Assembly: GCA_964596925.1 (NCBI GenBank)
Contig: CAZQWQ010000024.1
Span: 135,991-199,990 of the forward strand
Origin: an uncultured Gemmatimonadaceae bacterium
Lineage (GTDB): Bacteria > Gemmatimonadota > Gemmatimonadetes > Gemmatimonadales > GWC2-71-9
Length of the DNA: 64,000 nucleotides
Reading direction: 5' to 3'
Below are positions 17,402-27,357 of the stretch, piece by piece (the stretch's first letter is position 1; every line of letters begins with the position of its first letter). The translations under genes were made by a program, and so were the position numbers. The notes under the pieces were generated by a model that saw only the letters and a list, made by a program, of their open reading frames with translations, was not told the DNA's origin and did no database searches.

Positions 17402-18865
17402 TCAGCTGTACCAGCCGATCGGTTTCTCGTCGAGGTTGATGTAGACCTGCTTCGTCTCCAGGTATTCCTCCAGGCCCCACCGGCCCAGCTCGCGGCCGAA
17501 TCCGGACATCTTGTAGCCGCCCCACGGCGCTTCGACGTAGGTCGGCTGCATGTGGTTCACCCAAATGATGCCGGCCTCGAGGTTTTTCACCACCCGCATC
17601 GCCTTGAAGATGTCGCGAGTCCACACCGCGGCGGCGAGGCCGTAGCTCGAATCGTTGGCGATCCGCAAGGCGTCCGCCTCGTCCTTGAACGGGATCACGC
17701 TCATCACCGGACCGAAGATCTCCTCGCGCGCGATCCGCGCCGAGTTGTCCACGTCATAGAAGATCGTGGGCTCGACGAAATATCCTTTGCCGTGCGCCGC
17801 CACCTTGCCGCCGCCCGCGGCCAGCTTGGCCTCCTGCTGGCCCACCGCCTGGTAGCTGACGACGCGGTCGTACTGCTCTTTGCTCACGAGCGGGCCCATG
17901 TTGTACTGCCGGTCGAGCCCGGGGCCGACACGGATCTTCTTCGCCTTCTCGGCCGCCGCGTCGACGAACCGTTTGTAGATCGACCGCTCGACCAACACGC
18001 GGCTTCCGGCGGAGCACACCTCTCCCTGGTTGATGAAGCAGCCGAACAAGGCACCGTCCACCGCGTTCTCGAAATCCGAGTCCGCGAAGAAGATGTTGGG
18101 CGACTTGCCGCCCAGCTCGAGGGTCACGCGCTTCAGCGTGTCGGCCGCATTCTTCATGATGAGCTTCCCGACCGCCTGGCTGCCCGTGAACGCGATCTTG
18201 TTGACGTCGGGGTGCGCCACGATCGGCCCGCCCGCTTCGGGGCCGTCCCCCGTGACGATGTTGACGACGCCTTTCGGCAGGCCGACGGCATCGAAATCCT
18301 TCGCCAGCTCGAGGATGGAGAGCGGCGTCTGCTCGGCGGGTTTGAGTACGCACGCGCAGCCCGCGGCGAGCGCCGGCGCGAGCTTCCAGGCGGCCATCAG
18401 GAGCGGATAGTTCCACGGGATGATCTGTCCTGCGACCCCGACCGGCTCCTTCATGGCCAGGGCCAGCGCTTGCGCCGGGACGGGTAGGACCTCGCCATGA
18501 ATCTTGGTGGCGAGTCCGCCATAGTACTCGAAGCAGGTGGCGGTGTCGTCAACGTCGTACTCCGACTCGACGATCGGTTTCCCGTTGTTGCGCGTTTCGA
18601 TTTCGGCCAGCTCCGCCTTGCGGGCGCGCAGCCGCTCCGCCAGTCGCAACAGCACCCGGCCGCGCTCCTGCGCGGTTGTCTCCTTCCAGCTGTCCCGAAA
18701 CGCCGCGCGCGCGGCCTTGACCGCCCGGTCGATGTCCGCGGCCCCGGCCGCGGGCACCTTCGCGATCACCTGCTCGGTCGCCGGGTCGATCACGTCCATT
18801 TGCTGCCCGGACGCGGCGGCGACCCATTCTCCGCCGATGAACATCTGGTACGATTGCACGGTCAT
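17402..18865 (-). CDS. Aldehyde dehydrogenase (aminobutyraldehyde / betaine-aldehyde dehydrogenase-like)
   Basis: The real start is the ATG at 18865 (MTVQSYQMFIGGEW) after GAAGGAG. The listed 747-aa ORF is an upstream run-on. Motifs VLKPAEQTPLS, LELGGKSPNIFF and NQGEVCSAGSR. ATGA overlap with the potC stop. Confidence 0.9.
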   Translation of the reverse strand: MTVQSYQMFIGGEWVAAASGQQMDVIDPATEQVIAKVPAAGAADIDRAVKAARAAFRDSWKETTAQERGRVLLRLAERLRARKAELAEIETRNNGKPIVESEYDVDDTATCFEYYGGLATKIHGEVLPVPAQALALAMKEPVGVAGQIIPWNYPLLMAAWKLAPALAAGCACVLKPAEQTPLSILELAKDFDAVGLPKGVVNIVTGDGPEAGGPIVAHPDVNKIAFTGSQAVGKLIMKNAADTLKRVTLELGGKSPNIFFADSDFENAVDGALFGCFINQGEVCSAGSRVLVERSIYKRFVDAAAEKAKKIRVGPGLDRQYNMGPLVSKEQYDRVVSYQAVGQQEAKLAAGGGKVAAHGKGYFVEPTIFYDVDNSARIAREEIFGPVMSVIPFKDEADALRIANDSSYGLAAAVWTRDIFKAMRVVKNLEAGIIWVNHMQPTYVEAPWGGYKMSGFGRELGRWGLEEYLETKQVYINLDEKPIGWYS

Positions 18866-19686
18866 GCTCGCGCTCCTTCGGGATCGCGCATCAAGCGCGC
18901 CCAGATGACGATGACGATCACGGACACGATGAAGATAATCGTGGAAATGGCGTTGACTTCCGGCGTGATCCCGAGCCGCAGCCGCCCCCAGATTTCGAGT
19001 GGGATGGTGTTCTGCCGTCCGATGAGAAAATAGGTGACGGCGATCTCGTCCAGGCTCAACGTGAACACCAACAGCCCCGCGCCAAGCACGGCGGTCCTGA
19101 TGTTGGGCAACGTGACATACCAGAAGGTCTGCCAACCGCTGGCGTACAGGTCCATGGATGCTTCCTCCTGGAAGCGGTCCATACGCTGCAGCCGGGCGAA
19201 AACCTGCGTCACGACCACCGAGACCAGGGCCGTACCGTGTCCCAGCACCACCGGCCAGCCCGGGATTACCGGGAACCCGCTGGCCGGGCTGAGCCCGATG
19301 GCGGTGAAGAAGCTCAGCAGGGCCACGCCGGTGATGATGCCCGGTAGAATGAGGGGCAGTAGCACCAAGCGTTGGAAGAGCGTCTTCCCGGGGAACGAAT
19401 GCCGGTCGAGCAGGAACGCCCCCGGCACGCCCACCGCGAGTGCGATGATCACGGCCAGCACGGCGAGTTTCACGCTTGCGACGACGGCCCCGATCATCCC
19501 GCGATCGTGCCAGAGGACGTTGTACCAATGCAGCGTGCCGAGCTGGAGCGGCCACGCGATGATGCGCGAGTCGTGAAATGAATACATCACGACGACGAGC
19601 AGCGGCGCGTAAATGAACACGAAAACGGCGCCGCCACCGATCCACAGGAGGCGGGAAGGCCAGTCCGCCCGGCGTGGGGCGCTCAC
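18862..19686 (-). CDS. potC: Spermidine/putrescine ABC transporter permease (PotC-like)
   Basis: The GTG at 19686 overlaps the potB stop (GTGA). Six TM helices and the EAA-loop EEASMDLYASGWQTFWYVTLP. The remainder of the listed 520-aa ORF is a spurious extension. Confidence 0.85.
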   Translation of the reverse strand: MSAPRRADWPSRLLWIGGGAVFVFIYAPLLVVVMYSFHDSRIIAWPLQLGTLHWYNVLWHDRGMIGAVVASVKLAVLAVIIALAVGVPGAFLLDRHSFPGKTLFQRLVLLPLILPGIITGVALLSFFTAIGLSPASGFPVIPGWPVVLGHGTALVSVVVTQVFARLQRMDRFQEEASMDLYASGWQTFWYVTLPNIRTAVLGAGLLVFTLSLDEIAVTYFLIGRQNTIPLEIWGRLRLGITPEVNAISTIIFIVSVIVIVIWARLMRDPEGARA

Positions 19687-20683
19687 GCGCGACCCTCCGT
19701 GACGACCGCCCCTAAAGCATCGGTTTTCGCCGGGCGCCCGGGTTCGCCCCGGTAGTCGAAACGGCGCTCGAGGGCGTTGGCGAGGGTGAGCAACACAATC
19801 ACGAGCGCGAGCACTACGACCGACATGGCGGCCCCGAGGGGCCAGTTGTATGCCACTCCGAACAGACTCACCACCACGTTCGACACCATCAGCGCGCTGT
19901 CGGGACCGCCCAGAAGCTGTGGGGCCACGAAATCCCCCATGCTGAGGACGAAGGCGAACGTGCTGCCCGCAAGCACTCCGGGGAGCGACAACGGCAGGAT
20001 GACGTGGAAAAAAGTCTGGATCCGGCTGGCGTACAGGTCTTGCGACGCCTCCTTGAGGCTCACGGGGATCGCCTCGAGCACCGCGTAGATCGGCATCAGG
20101 GTGAACGGCGTGTAGATGTGGGTCAGCGCGATGATCACGGCCCACTTGCTGTACAGGAGGAACTCGAGCGGCTCGCGGATCAGCCCGATGTGCGTGAGCA
20201 GTCCATTGAGGATCCCCTCCTGGCCCAGCGTGATCTTCCACGCGTAGGCGCGCACCAGATAGCTCACCCACAGCGGAATGATGACCGCCATGTACATCAG
20301 ATTCTTGTGGCGCTTGACCTTGAACGCGAGCAGATAGGCGAGCGGAAACGCCAGGAGCAAGGACAGGACGGTCACGCTGAACGCGATCTTCGCCGAGTAC
20401 AGGATCGTGGCAGGATAGACCCACGTACCGAACAGCCGCTCGTAGTTAGCCAGCGTCCACGCGCAGTCCAGTCCACGGCACGGAATCAGGTTGCCGGCGG
20501 GGGTGAGGGTGCGAAGCGAATAGATCAGCAGCATCAGGTAGGGGACGAACAGCAGCACCGTCACCCACCCGACGGGCAGCGCGGCCGCCAGCGCCGTGCG
20601 CGACCGCGGCCGGCCGCGCAAACGATCCAGCCAGCTGAGCCGAGTGTCCGGGACCGGCAGGGCGGACGTGGACTCGGGGGGGG

Positions 20684-20687
<4 letters not shown>
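19683..20687 (-). CDS. potB: Spermidine/putrescine ABC transporter permease (PotB-like)
   Basis: Six TM helices and the EAA-loop KEASQDLYASRIQTFFHVILP. ATGA overlap with the potA stop. Confidence 0.85.
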
Positions 20688-21775
<1,088 letters not shown>

Positions 21776-21817
21776 CGGCTACGGAAATCCGCGGGGGTGG
21801 GAGGGGATGTGCGATCG

Positions 21818-21840
21818 TGGGAAGTGACGGCCCCTTCCCA
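21818..21840 (-). other. Intercistronic stem-loop between potD and potA
   Basis: TGGGAAG (21818..21824) pairs with CTTCCCA (21834..21840) around a 9-nt loop, within the 101-nt potD-potA spacer. Confidence 0.3.
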
Positions 21841-21876
21841 TATCCACAACCCGCATCCCACACCCGGTTGGTCGAG

Positions 21877-23055
21877 CTACTGGCCCGCCTTGACCTGGTT
21901 CCAGACCTCGGTGTACTTGTCGCGACGCGGGCTCCACTGCCAAAAGTTCACGAGGGTGCCGTAGTCGGCGATGTCGCGTTGCGTCGCCACTTGTTGGGGG
22001 GTCATGTAGGTCTTCGCCCCCGGGTTGGCCACGATGTAGTTGGTCACGTCGGCCATCAGCTTCTGCGTGAACGGTTGAGCCGTGTACTCGAGCCACGCGT
22101 ACGCGGCGTTGAGGTTTTTCGCCCCGCGCGTCATCACCCAGTGGTCGGCCCACGCGGTGGTGCCTTCCTTCGGAATCACCTCGCCGGCTGGGAACCCGGC
22201 TGCCCGGAGCTGTGCCGTCACGAGCGGCCATCCCTCGCCCATCACAATCTCGTGGTTCTGGAACAGCTGGATCATGTCGCCCGCCGTCGCCCAGTACTTG
22301 CGAACCTGCGGGCGCAGCTGCAGCGCGCGAGCGCGCACTTGGGCCAGCTCGTCGTCCGTGAGGTTGTAGAGGTGCGCTCGGTCGGTCGCGGGATCCATGC
22401 CGAGGAACTGGGCGACCATCCACAGGGTCGCGATGTCGTCCTGGAGCGAGACTTTGCCACGGTATTTGGGATCCCATAGCACCGCCCAGGAATCGGGCGC
22501 CGGCTTGACCTTGGTTGTGTCGTAGATCAAGGGGTTCGGCCCAAACGCCCAGGGCACACCGAGCACCGTATCGCCGCTTCTCGCCAGCGTCAGGGCGCGG
22601 AAGCTTGCCATCAGATCGGCATAGCTCGGCACCCGATTGAGGTCGACGGGCTGGGCCAGCCCGGCCTGGATGATTTGCGTGATGGCGTCGCTCGATGGGG
22701 AAATCAGGTCGATCGTTTCGGAGCCGCCCGCGCGCAGCTTGGCCACGAGCTCGTCGCTGGAGGCCATATAGGTCGAATTGAGCTTCACACCACACTGGTC
22801 TTCGAACGGCTTAGCGAAACTCGCGTCGGTGTAGCCTTCCCACACCATGAAGTTCAGTTCGCCCCCGATCGGCTGCGGGCACAGCTGCGCGAGATAGGTT
22901 TTCGCATCGGCCAAGGCGTCGGCGGTCGGTGTGATGGTGATCTTGGTGACCGCGCCGCCCCCGGCGCCGCCTTCCTTGCCTTTGCAGCCCGTGGTGAAGG
23001 GTAGCGCTCCCGCAATCACGAGCGCGATACCACCACGCCAACGTGCGCTGGCCAT
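21877..23055 (-). CDS. potD: Polyamine ABC transporter substrate-binding lipoprotein (PotD/PotF-like)
   Basis: The ATG at 23055 is preceded by AGGAGGA; the listed start at 23091 lacks an SD. Lipobox ALPFTTGC. The length and composition fit the PotD/PotF family. Confidence 0.85.
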   Translation of the reverse strand: MASARWRGGIALVIAGALPFTTGCKGKEGGAGGGAVTKITITPTADALADAKTYLAQLCPQPIGGELNFMVWEGYTDASFAKPFEDQCGVKLNSTYMASSDELVAKLRAGGSETIDLISPSSDAITQIIQAGLAQPVDLNRVPSYADLMASFRALTLARSGDTVLGVPWAFGPNPLIYDTTKVKPAPDSWAVLWDPKYRGKVSLQDDIATLWMVAQFLGMDPATDRAHLYNLTDDELAQVRARALQLRPQVRKYWATAGDMIQLFQNHEIVMGEGWPLVTAQLRAAGFPAGEVIPKEGTTAWADHWVMTRGAKNLNAAYAWLEYTAQPFTQKLMADVTNYIVANPGAKTYMTPQQVATQRDIADYGTLVNFWQWSPRRDKYTEVWNQVKAGQ

Positions 23056-23160
23056 GGCAATCCTCCTGATGTTTTTTGCGCTGCGATACATCGGACCGGA
23101 AATATGCTACACAGCACGCGACCTTACGCAATGCCGGGCATCGGCTAGCTTCCAGCGGCG

Positions 23161-24498
23161 ATGGGCGTCATCCGACTCGCGACCGAGATCCCCGGGCCCG
23201 GGAGCCGCGCGGTGATCGAGCGGCGACAACGCGCCGTACCGCGCGGTGTGGCGCTGGCGGCGCCCATCGTCCTCGCTTCGGGCACGAACGCGGTGGTGAC
23301 GGACGTCGATGGCAACCAGCTCATCGATTTCGCGGGCGGCATCGGCACGCTGAACACCGGGCATCGACACCCGGCGGTGGTCGCGGCTGCCAAGGACCAG
23401 CTCGATCGCCTGATCCATTCGTGTTTTCAGGTCGCCGCCTACGAGCCGTACGTGGCGGCCGCCGAGCGCCTCAATGCGCTGGCGCCCGGCGAGTTCCCGA
23501 AGAAGACGATGTTTGTGAATTCGGGCGTCGAGGCGGTGGAAAACGCCGTCAAGATCGCCCGGTACCACACCAAGCGGTCCGCCGTGGTGTGCTTCGAGCA
23601 CGCGTTTCACGGCCGCACGCTGCTCGGCATGACGCTGACGTCCAAGGTGATGCCGTACAAGAAGGGATTCGGGCCGTTCGCCCCTGAGGTGTATCGTCTG
23701 CCGTACCCGTACTGCTATCGTTGCGAGGGAGCACGGCCGGACGCCCGCTGCTGTCGCGCCGAGCGCGAGAGCTTCGAGGCGCTCGTCGCCTCCCACGTGG
23801 ACCCGGACTCGATCGCGGCCGTGCTGGTCGAGCTGCAGCTCGGCGAAGGGGGATTTGTCCCGGCGCCCCCGGAGTTCGTGGCGATGCTCGCGGGGTTCTG
23901 CCGCGACCACGGGATCGTGTTGATCGACGACGAGATCCAGACCGGCTTCGGGCGCACCGGCCGGATGTTCGCCGCCGAGCACTATGGGATAGTCCCCGAT
24001 CTCATCACCACCGCGAAATCGCTCGCAGGTGGCCTGCCGCTGGGGGCCGTCACCGGGCGCGCCGATATCATGGATGCGGCGCACGTCGGGGGGCTGGGTG
24101 GCACGTTTGCCGGGAACCCCGTGGCGCTCGCGGCCGCGGTGGCGGTCATGGATACGATGGCGCAAGACCAGGTTGTGACGCGGGCGGCGCGCCTTGGGGA
24201 GCGATTGTGCGGGCGGCTTTCCGCGCTCGCGCAACGATTCACGGCGATCGGGGATGTGCGGGGCCTGGGCGCCATGGTCGCGATGGAGCTGGTGTCGGAT
24301 CGCGAGACCAAGACCCCTGCCAAGGCGCTGGCTGGAACGCTCCAGACGACGTGCCTGCGGCGGGGACTGTTGCTGATCACCGCCGGCACGTTCGGCAACG
24401 TGATTCGGATCCTCGTGCCGCTGACCGTGGAAGACGTCGTAGTGGACGAAGGGATGGACGTACTCGAGGCGGCACTCCAGGAAGCGACCGCGGGGTAA
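23161..24498 (+). CDS. gabT: Class-III aminotransferase, 4-aminobutyrate aminotransferase-like
   Basis: N-terminus LATEIPGPGS, DDEIQTGFGRTG, and the PLP-lysine motif TTAKSLAGGLPLGAV. Divergent from potD. Confidence 0.8.
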   Translation: MGVIRLATEIPGPGSRAVIERRQRAVPRGVALAAPIVLASGTNAVVTDVDGNQLIDFAGGIGTLNTGHRHPAVVAAAKDQLDRLIHSCFQVAAYEPYVAAAERLNALAPGEFPKKTMFVNSGVEAVENAVKIARYHTKRSAVVCFEHAFHGRTLLGMTLTSKVMPYKKGFGPFAPEVYRLPYPYCYRCEGARPDARCCRAERESFEALVASHVDPDSIAAVLVELQLGEGGFVPAPPEFVAMLAGFCRDHGIVLIDDEIQTGFGRTGRMFAAEHYGIVPDLITTAKSLAGGLPLGAVTGRADIMDAAHVGGLGGTFAGNPVALAAAVAVMDTMAQDQVVTRAARLGERLCGRLSALAQRFTAIGDVRGLGAMVAMELVSDRETKTPAKALAGTLQTTCLRRGLLLITAGTFGNVIRILVPLTVEDVVVDEGMDVLEAALQEATAG

Positions 24499-24505
24499 AC
24501 AGGAA

Positions 24506-24895
24506 ATGGCCCAACCCAAGCTCAGCGCCAATCAGGTGCGCCGCATCGACGAGGTGCAGGGGTTCATCACGGCCCTTGCCCACATCAAGAAACTGGTGCT
24601 CGAGCTAGAGTCCAGCAAAGCGGCTCGCGTCCCGGTCATCCAGAACCTTTCGAGCCAGATCGCGCGCGAATTGTCCCAGATGCGCCAGCGCGCCATACGG
24701 GCGAACATCGGGACCCTGGCGGACGTCGCCGGGTCGCTCTCCCTGGTGGCCGGTCGCTCGCAGGGCCTGCAAATGAAGCTGCGCATGCTGCACGAAGGGC
24801 TCGTGAGCCTCGGGTTCCAGCTCGATCACGCCCTCAAGGCCGCATCGACCCCGGAGGAGCCGCGACCCTCACAAATGCAGCAGCCTCCCGAGTGA
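24506..24895 (+). CDS. Hypothetical all-helical protein (129 aa), no recognisable family
   Basis: Good G/C3 codon usage. SD AGGAA, 7 nt after the gabT stop. The stop overlaps the GTG start of the ABC ATPase (GTGA). Amphipathic helices and a Pro/Gln-rich tail. Confidence 0.6.
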   Translation: MAQPKLSANQVRRIDEVQGFITALAHIKKLVLELESSKAARVPVIQNLSSQIARELSQMRQRAIRANIGTLADVAGSLSLVAGRSQGLQMKLRMLHEGLVSLGFQLDHALKAASTPEEPRPSQMQQPPE

Positions 24896-25839
24896 ACGAC
24901 CGGCCACCCGCCATCCGGTGTGTGGGCCTCGTCAAGCGATACGGTAACGTCACCGCCGTCGGAGGGCTTGATCTGACGGTCCAGGCCGGCGAGTGCTTCG
25001 GTTTGCTCGGACCCAACGGGGCCGGGAAAACTACCACCATCGAGATCCTCGAGGGACTGACGCCCGCCGACGCGGGCGATGTCGTAGTGCTGGGGCAGCG
25101 CTGGCAGGGCGGCGCGGCCGACCGGCTGTTGCGCGAGCGACTCGGCATTCAGCTCCAGGAGACCAAGCTTCAGGAAAAGTTGACCGTCGAGGAGACGGTG
25201 CGGTTGTTCGCGAGTTTCTACGCCCAAGCTCACACCGTGGACGAAGTGCTGGCGTTCGTGGAGCTGGGCGAGAAGCGGGGGGCGTGGTACAGCAAGCTGT
25301 CCGGCGGACAGAAACAGCGGCTCGCGGTGGCCTGCGCGCTGGTGAGCAAACCCGAGTTGTTGTTCCTCGACGAGCCGACGACCGGGCTCGACCCCCAGTC
25401 CCGGCGCCAACTGTGGGACGTCATCGCGCGGTTTCGGGCGGCGGGCAATTCGGTCCTGCTCACCACACACTACATGGAAGAAGCCGAGCGACTCTGCGAC
25501 CGCGTCGCGATCATGGATCACGGGGTGATGATCGCGCTGGGGTCACCGCGCGATCTGATCGGCTCACTCGGCGCCGAGCACGTCGTGGAGTACACGATCG
25601 CTGGAGACGGCGCGCCGGAGGCGTTGGACGGCGAGCTCCGCGCGCTCCCGGGGGTGCGGGCGGTGCGCACCCGCGAGGGCGTGGCCTCACTCACGGTGGC
25701 GGAGCTGCATCGGACGTTGCCCGCGTTGATGGGGCTATTCGAGCGCCGGGGGGTCACGCTCGCGTCGCTCACCACGCACCACGCGACGCTCGAGGATGTC
25801 TTCGTGTCCCTCACGGGTCGCCACATCCGCGATGACTGA
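24892..25839 (+). CDS. ABC-2-type exporter ATP-binding protein (DrrA/CcmA-like)
   Basis: GPNGAGKTT, LSGGQKQRLAVACAL and LFLDEPTTGLD. Confidence 0.9.
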   Translation: MNDRPPAIRCVGLVKRYGNVTAVGGLDLTVQAGECFGLLGPNGAGKTTTIEILEGLTPADAGDVVVLGQRWQGGAADRLLRERLGIQLQETKLQEKLTVEETVRLFASFYAQAHTVDEVLAFVELGEKRGAWYSKLSGGQKQRLAVACALVSKPELLFLDEPTTGLDPQSRRQLWDVIARFRAAGNSVLLTTHYMEEAERLCDRVAIMDHGVMIALGSPRDLIGSLGAEHVVEYTIAGDGAPEALDGELRALPGVRAVRTREGVASLTVAELHRTLPALMGLFERRGVTLASLTTHHATLEDVFVSLTGRHIRDD

Positions 25840-26863
25840 ACGCCCCATCGTCCAACTGACGCTGGCCTCGATCCGGGGGTTCTACCGGGAACCCGAGGCG
25901 TTGTTCTGGGTGTTCGGATTCCCGATCGTGCTCGCATTCGCGCTCGGGATCGCGTTCAAGAACCGCGGCCCAGAGGAGTTGCGCGTCGCCGTCGCGCGCG
26001 GTCCGGGCGACAGCGTCGCGGCAGCCACGCTCGACGCCGCACCCGGCCTCGCGGCCGTGGTGCTGGACAGCGCGGCGGCCCGAGCCGACCTGCGCACCGG
26101 ACGCGTCGCGCTCGTGGTGGTGCCGGGCAGTCCGATGGTGTACCGGTATGACTCCACGCGCACGGAGAGCCGTCTCGCCCGGCTGGAAGTGGACGAAGCG
26201 CTGCAGCAAGCGCGCGGCCGCGTCGATCCCGTTCTGGTGCTCGACGATCGCGTCACCGAAACCGGGTCACGCTACATCGACTTTCTCATCCCCGGCCTGC
26301 TCGGGATGAACTTGATGGGGAGCGGGTTGTGGGGCGTCGGATTCGCGGTCGTGCAGGCCCGCACCAAGGGTCTGCTCAAACGCTTCCTCGCCACTCCGAT
26401 GAGGAAGAGTCAGTACCTGATGTCGTACATGGTGTCGCGACTCGCGTTTCTCGTGCTCGAGGTGGCGACGCTGGTCGGGTTCGGGTGGGTGATGTTTGAC
26501 GTCGGGGTCCGGGGGTCGCTGGGGGCTCTCGCGGTGCTCACCGTGGTCGGGGCGTTCTCGTTTGCGGGCTTGGGATTGTTGGTCGCGAGCCGTGCGAAGA
26601 CGGTTGAAGCCGTCTCGGGCCTGATGAACCTGGTGATGCTCCCGATGTGGATTCTGTCGGGGACGTTTTTCTCCTACGCGCGGTTTCCCGAAGCCATGCA
26701 GCCGGTGGTGCAGGCCCTGCCGCTGACGGCGTTGAATGACGCGTTGCGTGGAGTGATGATCGATGGCGCGTCGCTCACTCGCGTGGCCGCACCGCTCGGC
26801 GTCGTCGTCGGCTGGGGCGTGGTGAGCTTCGCGGTGGCCTTGAAGATCTTCCGCTGGCGGTAA
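25832..26863 (+). CDS. ABC-2-type exporter permease
   Basis: The ATG at 25832 overlaps the ATPase stop (ATGACTGA). An N-terminal TM helix, a large extracytoplasmic loop, then five clustered TM helices, which is typical of ABC-2 permeases. Confidence 0.85.
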   Translation: MTERPIVQLTLASIRGFYREPEALFWVFGFPIVLAFALGIAFKNRGPEELRVAVARGPGDSVAAATLDAAPGLAAVVLDSAAARADLRTGRVALVVVPGSPMVYRYDSTRTESRLARLEVDEALQQARGRVDPVLVLDDRVTETGSRYIDFLIPGLLGMNLMGSGLWGVGFAVVQARTKGLLKRFLATPMRKSQYLMSYMVSRLAFLVLEVATLVGFGWVMFDVGVRGSLGALAVLTVVGAFSFAGLGLLVASRAKTVEAVSGLMNLVMLPMWILSGTFFSYARFPEAMQPVVQALPLTALNDALRGVMIDGASLTRVAAPLGVVVGWGVVSFAVALKIFRWR

Positions 26864-26934
26864 TGGCGCTCCACCCTTGACGCGGGACCCCGCAGCAGGC
26901 ATACGTGGCGGTGGACTCCTCACCGGAGGCAGTC

Positions 26935-27357
26935 ATGTTCGACACCGTCACGCTGGTTGAATACTACTACGCGCTCGTTCCGGACAAGCCGGGCGAGGGC
27001 GCTCGGATCCTCGGTGCGCTGCGCGACGCCGGGGTGAATCTGCTCGCCTTCTCAGGGTTTCCCGAGGGGCGTCGTTCGCAGCTCGACTTCCTCCCCTCTG
27101 ACGGCGTCGCGTTTCTCGCCGCCGCCAAGGCGGCGAAGGTCAAGGTCAGCCGACCGAAGAAGGCGTTCCTGATCAGCGGCGATGACCGGGTCGGCGCGGT
27201 GGCGGAGACCTACGCGCGGCTTGCGGCGGCGAAGATCAATGTGACCGCGTTGGACGCGGTGAGTGCCGGGGCGGGGCGCTTCGGGGCGATCCTGTGGGTG
27301 AAGCCGCGCGACGTGAAGAAGGCGGCGGGGGTGCTGGGGGTGGTCAGCCCACTCTGA
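26935..27357 (+). CDS. ACT-domain-like small-molecule-binding protein
   Basis: ATG at 26935 after GGAGG. Two beta-alpha-beta-beta-alpha-beta-like halves (YYYALVPDKPGEGARILGALRDAGVNLLAF; FLISGDDRVGAVAETYARLAAAKINVTAL). Confidence 0.55.
   Translation: MFDTVTLVEYYYALVPDKPGEGARILGALRDAGVNLLAFSGFPEGRRSQLDFLPSDGVAFLAAAKAAKVKVSRPKKAFLISGDDRVGAVAETYARLAAAKINVTALDAVSAGAGRFGAILWVKPRDVKKAAGVLGVVSPL

Noticed and set aside
17306-18487. 393-aa plus-strand ORF over the aldehyde dehydrogenase gene
   Set aside because: It is an antisense shadow. The minus-strand frame carries complete ALDH catalytic motifs, and this frame carries none.
18866-19645. N-terminal 260 aa of the listed 747-aa ORF (17402..19645)
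   Set aside because: This Arg/Gly/Pro-rich run-on passes through potC in another frame. A strong SD plus the ATG at 18865 gives a full-length aldehyde dehydrogenase.
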